From positions 1-21,204 of the forward strand of contig PBTS01000014.1 of assembly GCA_002729175.1 (NCBI GenBank): a stretch of 21,204 nucleotides of DNA, given 5' to 3'. Position 1 is the stretch's first letter, and every line of letters begins with the position of its first letter. The notes under the pieces are model-generated. The model ran no database searches. It worked only from the letters and a program-made list of their open reading frames with translations, and was not told where the DNA came from. Origin of the DNA: Fidelibacterota bacterium (GTDB lineage Bacteria; Fidelibacterota; Marinisomatia; Marinisomatales; S15-B10). Of this stretch, positions 17,559 to 21,204 are shown piece by piece. Position numbers and translations under genes: made by a program.

Positions 17559-18392
17559 TTATACCGTTCGTGGTGCGATAGTAATACGGCGCCAAGTAAC
17601 CATAAGGCCCGCGAAGGTTAAAGTCCATATCCCCACTTCCAAATAGCTGGGATCACCGTTCCAGCCAAAAAGCCCTTTAGCAATGGCACCAATTGCCCCC
17701 TTATCATGGAAAATAGGGTAACTGCCGTTCGGTAATACTGGTGGATTCACATTCCAGATCCGACCTGTATCTGCTATAATTCCAGCCGATTCCAATTCAT
17801 GAATACCGTAAGCCATCATACCCGCCGCTACAAAGATGAGAAAGACCGAGCTGATATTGAAAAAAGTCTTCAAAGGTACTCGTTGCCCTTTAACAAAAAT
17901 CATATATCCAATACCCAGGGCTGCACCAGCACCAATCATTGATGAAAAGAATGAAACACTTCCCTGATTCACAAATACTCCATAAAGAAACAAGACAGTT
18001 TCAATTCCTTCACGAAAAACAGCAATAAATGCCAAGGAGAATATGCCCCATGACGCACTGTCTAATTTCTCTAGGGCACTATCAGCCTGCGATTCTAATT
18101 CACCAGCTATATTGGTATTGTTAGCCATCCATATGATCATAGTCCCCAGAACAATAGCAACAATAATCATTACTACACCTTCAAAAATTTTCTCAGCTTG
18201 CCCTGTGAACCCACCAGCTACAATCTGAAATATGACAGATGAAATCAGACTCAAAACTAACGCCGCTATTACACCTCGCCACAGAATAGGAAGCATATCC
18301 TTTCGCCCAATTTTTGAAAGATAAGTATATAAAATTCCTATAATAAGAGCCGCTTCAAGAACTTCACGAAAACAAATCAGTAATTCAGCCAC
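17559..18392 (-). CDS. FTR1/EfeU-family high-affinity iron permease
   Basis: Two RExxE motifs (FREVLEAAL, FREGIETVLF), multiple TMs, GIHELE and LFGWNGDPS. GTG start with GAGGG SD. Confidence 0.9.
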   Translation of the reverse strand: MAELLICFREVLEAALIIGILYTYLSKIGRKDMLPILWRGVIAALVLSLISSVIFQIVAGGFTGQAEKIFEGVVMIIVAIVLGTMIIWMANNTNIAGELESQADSALEKLDSASWGIFSLAFIAVFREGIETVLFLYGVFVNQGSVSFFSSMIGAGAALGIGYMIFVKGQRVPLKTFFNISSVFLIFVAAGMMAYGIHELESAGIIADTGRIWNVNPPVLPNGSYPIFHDKGAIGAIAKGLFGWNGDPSYLEVGIWTLTFAGLMVTWRRITIAPRTV

Positions 18393-18410
18393 TCTTTAAT
18401 CCCTCGATGC

Positions 18411-20876
18411 TTATATAGTGATTTTGACACCTGCCACAAAATTTCTCGGCATGGTTGGTCGAACTCCTGCGGGACGAGCTGCGGCCACAGAATGATTGTT
18501 AAAAATATTATTCATATTGAAGAAAAACCGACTTGATGTTGAAATAGAAACTTCAGCCGAGAAATCAAGCAATGCCACCACATCAGTGGAAAAATTGGAA
18601 TCTATGTCACCACTTCCGCCCACTGTTCGCATGGCATCTATCAACCGAAATCGAATGTATGAACTCCACGCTTTGTCTTCCAAGCCAGCCTCCGAGAAAA
18701 GTTGGTGTTTTGGAACATATGGCAGTTCATCACCGGCCATAACTGTACCCCACGCTTCAAAGTTGCTTTCGAAACTGTTGAGAAATTCGGTCGAAGTAAA
18801 TGTATAACTTATGTGAAGCGGAATGAACTTTTGTCCAATAGGGATGATATGACTTGCGGCAAGTTCCAGACCATTGATATTCACTTGGCCGGCATTAAAC
18901 TGATCATAGGAACCGCTGCCTGCAAACTGGGTATTATCTCCTAACAAATTCTGATATTGGTTGTTAAAAATAGTTGAAACTATTTCAGTTAAACCAACCC
19001 GATATCTAAAACCCAATTCAAGATTCACACTCTCTTCGGGCTTTACATCATCTTCCTCATCAACACCAGGACCCGGTGGTGAAAAACCTTTATGGATACC
19101 ACTTATCAGACTAAAAGAAGGGTTGAGTTTATAGACCATTCCAATCCCAGACACAATAACGTCAAGTTTCTTTTCCTTTACGCTGGGTGTTAATTCTCTG
19201 TTCGGGTCATTCCAAGAGTCACCTTCACCGGATATATCACCTTTCCACTCTTTTCTCTCAACACTAATATCTTCAGCGCGAACACCAACTGTAATTTTAA
19301 ATGGACCCGCTTCGACTTCATCTTCAATAAAGTATGAAATTGCATCAGCGTAATAAAAACGGTTATTCTTAGAGCCAGTACCCCAAATCCCTGTTGTGGT
19401 CAAAACAAGTTCCTTAGATCGCATAGCATATTTATCTACTTTTTGAAAGCGATCCATTTCGTCAGAATGATCACGATACCCAACCATCAGGTTATGATAA
19501 GAGTTCAATAGTGAAAAGCGACTATTAGCTACTAACTGAAACCCTGTCGATTTATACATTCGGTTATTTGCTTTGATCTGGAAAACATCGTTACTTGTAT
19601 CCTCGGCACTTAGCAAAGCATAAGCAGGATGATCATTGGCTGATGATGAAAAAATGGAACCGATACTGGAACCCCCAACTTTGCTTAGCTTATACCAATT
19701 TCTATTGAATTCATTTTTGTAATAAGCAAAAGTGAGATCGACATTGGCAAGTGGTTTCACAACGCCAGTTAAAACGGTTTGGGTATGATCAGCATCCATC
19801 TCATCAATTCCAGATGCCGCATAGCGTCTAAGAGGGTCAATGGAAAAATCGGATCGTGATAGTCCAAGGTAAGTCTCATTACTTAATTCATCGGTAATAC
19901 TGTACTTCAATTCAATGGCTGCCGGAATTGTAAACGACTTCGGTGTGTTGAACCTAAACTTGCTAAGGTAATCCGCTTTACTATAGCCTGTATTCTGACC
20001 GGCATGATCAAGATTTTTGAATCCAGTGGTTTGATCGAAAAAGGTTTCCAGCAAATACCCGAAAGTTTCTCCAGAACTGCCAATATTGACGTGAGCTTTA
20101 TAAGTATTGAACTGACCTCCAAACAAATTGGCTTTTATACGAAAATCTCGTGGAATAGACGTAGAAATATAGTTTAAAGCACCGCCTGTGCTTTGGGGAC
20201 CATATTTAATCTGTGACGAACCTTTACGGACTTCAAAGGACTCCATGCGACCCGCTGTCGGAGAATAGTAGGCGGCTGGGGATGAATAAGGCGCTGGTGC
20301 AATTGGGATCCCATCTTCCATTAGATTGATCTTTGAACTTCTTTCAACACCTGTCCCTCTCATACCAATATTAGGCCTAAGGCCAAAGCCATCTTCCTCC
20401 TGAACATATACGCCGGGAATTCGAGTAATGATGCGATTAATATCGGTATCGTTGTATTTGGCCAAATCGCGAGAAGTAACAACACTGGCGGACCCGGGAA
20501 TTCTCAAGAATTTTGGTCCAAATCCAACAACACTTGAACGTTCTTTTAATACCAATACAGGATCAAGCTCCAATATTTTGGACCTCAATTCAAATCTGAT
20601 CTCTTTTGATTGACCTTCCCGAATGGAAACTGTCTGCGAGGCTTCTTCAAATCCAATAACCGACACCACTATTTCGTAGGAACCGGGATCTAAAATATCA
20701 ATTTTAAATGAACCACTTATGTCAGTTGCATCACCCAATTTAGTTCCCACAATGCGTACATTGGCATCCCGTAATGGAACACCCGATTCATAATCTACTA
20801 CTAATCCGCTAAGAGTGACTTCGGCAAATGATAATGAGAGAATTGAAAAGAAACAGAGCAAGAACTTCTTTATCAT
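18411..20876 (-). CDS. TonB-dependent receptor, FecA-like, with N-terminal carboxypeptidase-regulatory-like domain
   Basis: Signal peptide, then LSGLVVD...PLRDANVRI...GSYEIVVSVIGF. Plug motifs IPGVYVQEEDGFGLRPNIGMRG, MEDGIPIAPAPYS and EVRKGSSQIKYGPQSTGGALN. Barrel motifs PEESVNLELG and NNIFN...PRNFVAGVKITI. Confidence 0.92.
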   Translation of the reverse strand: MIKKFLLCFFSILSLSFAEVTLSGLVVDYESGVPLRDANVRIVGTKLGDATDISGSFKIDILDPGSYEIVVSVIGFEEASQTVSIREGQSKEIRFELRSKILELDPVLVLKERSSVVGFGPKFLRIPGSASVVTSRDLAKYNDTDINRIITRIPGVYVQEEDGFGLRPNIGMRGTGVERSSKINLMEDGIPIAPAPYSSPAAYYSPTAGRMESFEVRKGSSQIKYGPQSTGGALNYISTSIPRDFRIKANLFGGQFNTYKAHVNIGSSGETFGYLLETFFDQTTGFKNLDHAGQNTGYSKADYLSKFRFNTPKSFTIPAAIELKYSITDELSNETYLGLSRSDFSIDPLRRYAASGIDEMDADHTQTVLTGVVKPLANVDLTFAYYKNEFNRNWYKLSKVGGSSIGSIFSSSANDHPAYALLSAEDTSNDVFQIKANNRMYKSTGFQLVANSRFSLLNSYHNLMVGYRDHSDEMDRFQKVDKYAMRSKELVLTTTGIWGTGSKNNRFYYADAISYFIEDEVEAGPFKITVGVRAEDISVERKEWKGDISGEGDSWNDPNRELTPSVKEKKLDVIVSGIGMVYKLNPSFSLISGIHKGFSPPGPGVDEEDDVKPEESVNLELGFRYRVGLTEIVSTIFNNQYQNLLGDNTQFAGSGSYDQFNAGQVNINGLELAASHIIPIGQKFIPLHISYTFTSTEFLNSFESNFEAWGTVMAGDELPYVPKHQLFSEAGLEDKAWSSYIRFRLIDAMRTVGGSGDIDSNFSTDVVALLDFSAEVSISTSSRFFFNMNNIFNNHSVAAARPAGVRPTMPRNFVAGVKITI

Positions 20877-20915
20877 GACTTCCCTTTAATTGATTGAATT
20901 AAGTGATTAATACTA

Positions 20916-20934
20916 ATTGAGACTGATTCTCAAT
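20916..20934. promoter_or_regulatory. Fur-box-like operator
   Basis: ATTGAGACTGATTCTCAAT has perfect 7-bp arms (ATTGAGA/TCTCAAT), and its core TGAGACT-G-ATTCTCA resembles the 7-1-7 Fur motif. It lies 40 bp upstream of iron-uptake genes. Confidence 0.75.
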
Positions 20935-20939
20935 AGCAA

Positions 20940-20968
20940 AATATATAACATTTCCTTCAGCGTCGCAA
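20940..20968 (-). promoter_or_regulatory. Sigma70-type promoter of the TBDR-FTR1 operon
   Basis: Minus strand TTGCGA (20968-20963), 17 bp, TATATT (20945-20940). The predicted start site falls inside the Fur box. Confidence 0.55.
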
Positions 20969-21037
20969 CAAAAAAGGGGGAAAAGATCCTTTTAAACTCG
21001 GTTAGTGCAATTGCATTATAAAATGGCTATATGGCTA

Positions 21038-21066
21038 TTGTAATTCATCAATATCATTATTACCTT
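21038..21066 (+). promoter_or_regulatory. Putative sigma70 promoter of the TetR gene
   Basis: TTGTAA (21038-21043), 17 bp, TACCTT (21061-21066), directly upstream of the operator palindrome. Confidence 0.4.
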
Positions 21067-21069
21067 CAT

Positions 21070-21089
21070 TAAACTGACTGGTCGGTTTA
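21070..21089. promoter_or_regulatory. TetR-type operator palindrome (probable autoregulatory site)
   Basis: TAAACTGAC-TG-GTCGGTTTA, 9-bp arms with one mismatch, overlapping the TetR ATG at 21089. Confidence 0.65.
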
Positions 21090-21204
21090 TGACAGCTTCA
21101 AACTTGAATAAAATAAAAGATAAGAGAAAAGATCAGATCATGAACGCGGCACTGAACGTGGTGGCTACCAAGGGATACTCCGATTGCCGCATGGATGATA
21201 TTGT
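21089..21204 (+). CDS. TetR/AcrR family transcriptional regulator, N-terminal fragment truncated by window end
   Basis: MTASNLNKIKDKRKDQIMNAALNVVATKGYSDCRMDDIV matches the TetR start pattern R..I..AA...F...GY...T..DI. Not in the ORF track. Confidence 0.85.
   Translation, partial: MTASNLNKIKDKRKDQIMNAALNVVATKGYSDCRMDDI

Noticed and set aside
856..20613. Numerous 60-174 aa ORFs nested in or antisense to the large genes (e.g. 6130-6348, 11856-12287, 14672-15196)
   Set aside because: They overlap well-supported CDSs, have atypical composition and show no recognisable motifs. Treated as shadow ORFs.
1..21204. CRISPR arrays, tRNA/rRNA, IS elements, integrases, defence systems
   Set aside because: No repeat-spacer periodicity, RNA-gene signatures, transposase/integrase motifs or terminal inverted repeats were seen.

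Overview
Gene-dense bacterial window, about 17 CDS in alternating orientation. No rRNA, tRNA, CRISPR array or mobile element was recognised. Gene content suggests a diderm, probably marine heterotroph, possibly Marinimicrobia-like (inference only). Left to right: end of a Na+/solute symporter, MAPEG protein, NRAMP-fold transporter lacking the metal motifs, plant-arginase-like ureohydrolase, small orphan ORF, a cobalamin/2x[4Fe-4S] reductive dehalogenase (RdhA) with no Tat signal and no rdhB, an M20 deacylase coupled to a Dabb protein, a fused ATP-dependent 5-oxoprolinase, two coupled Fe(II)/2OG oxygenases (PhyH-like, and BesD/HalD-like with an HxD hydroxylase motif) divergent from an APC amino-acid permease, a secreted amidohydrolase pair whose large gene is split by a frameshift at an A9 run, a Fur-boxed TonB receptor + FTR1 iron operon, and the start of a TetR regulator with its own operator. 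The best leads are the orphan RdhA, the uncharacterised two-oxygenase/permease module, and the amidohydrolase pair, in which only one of three domains keeps its metal ligands.
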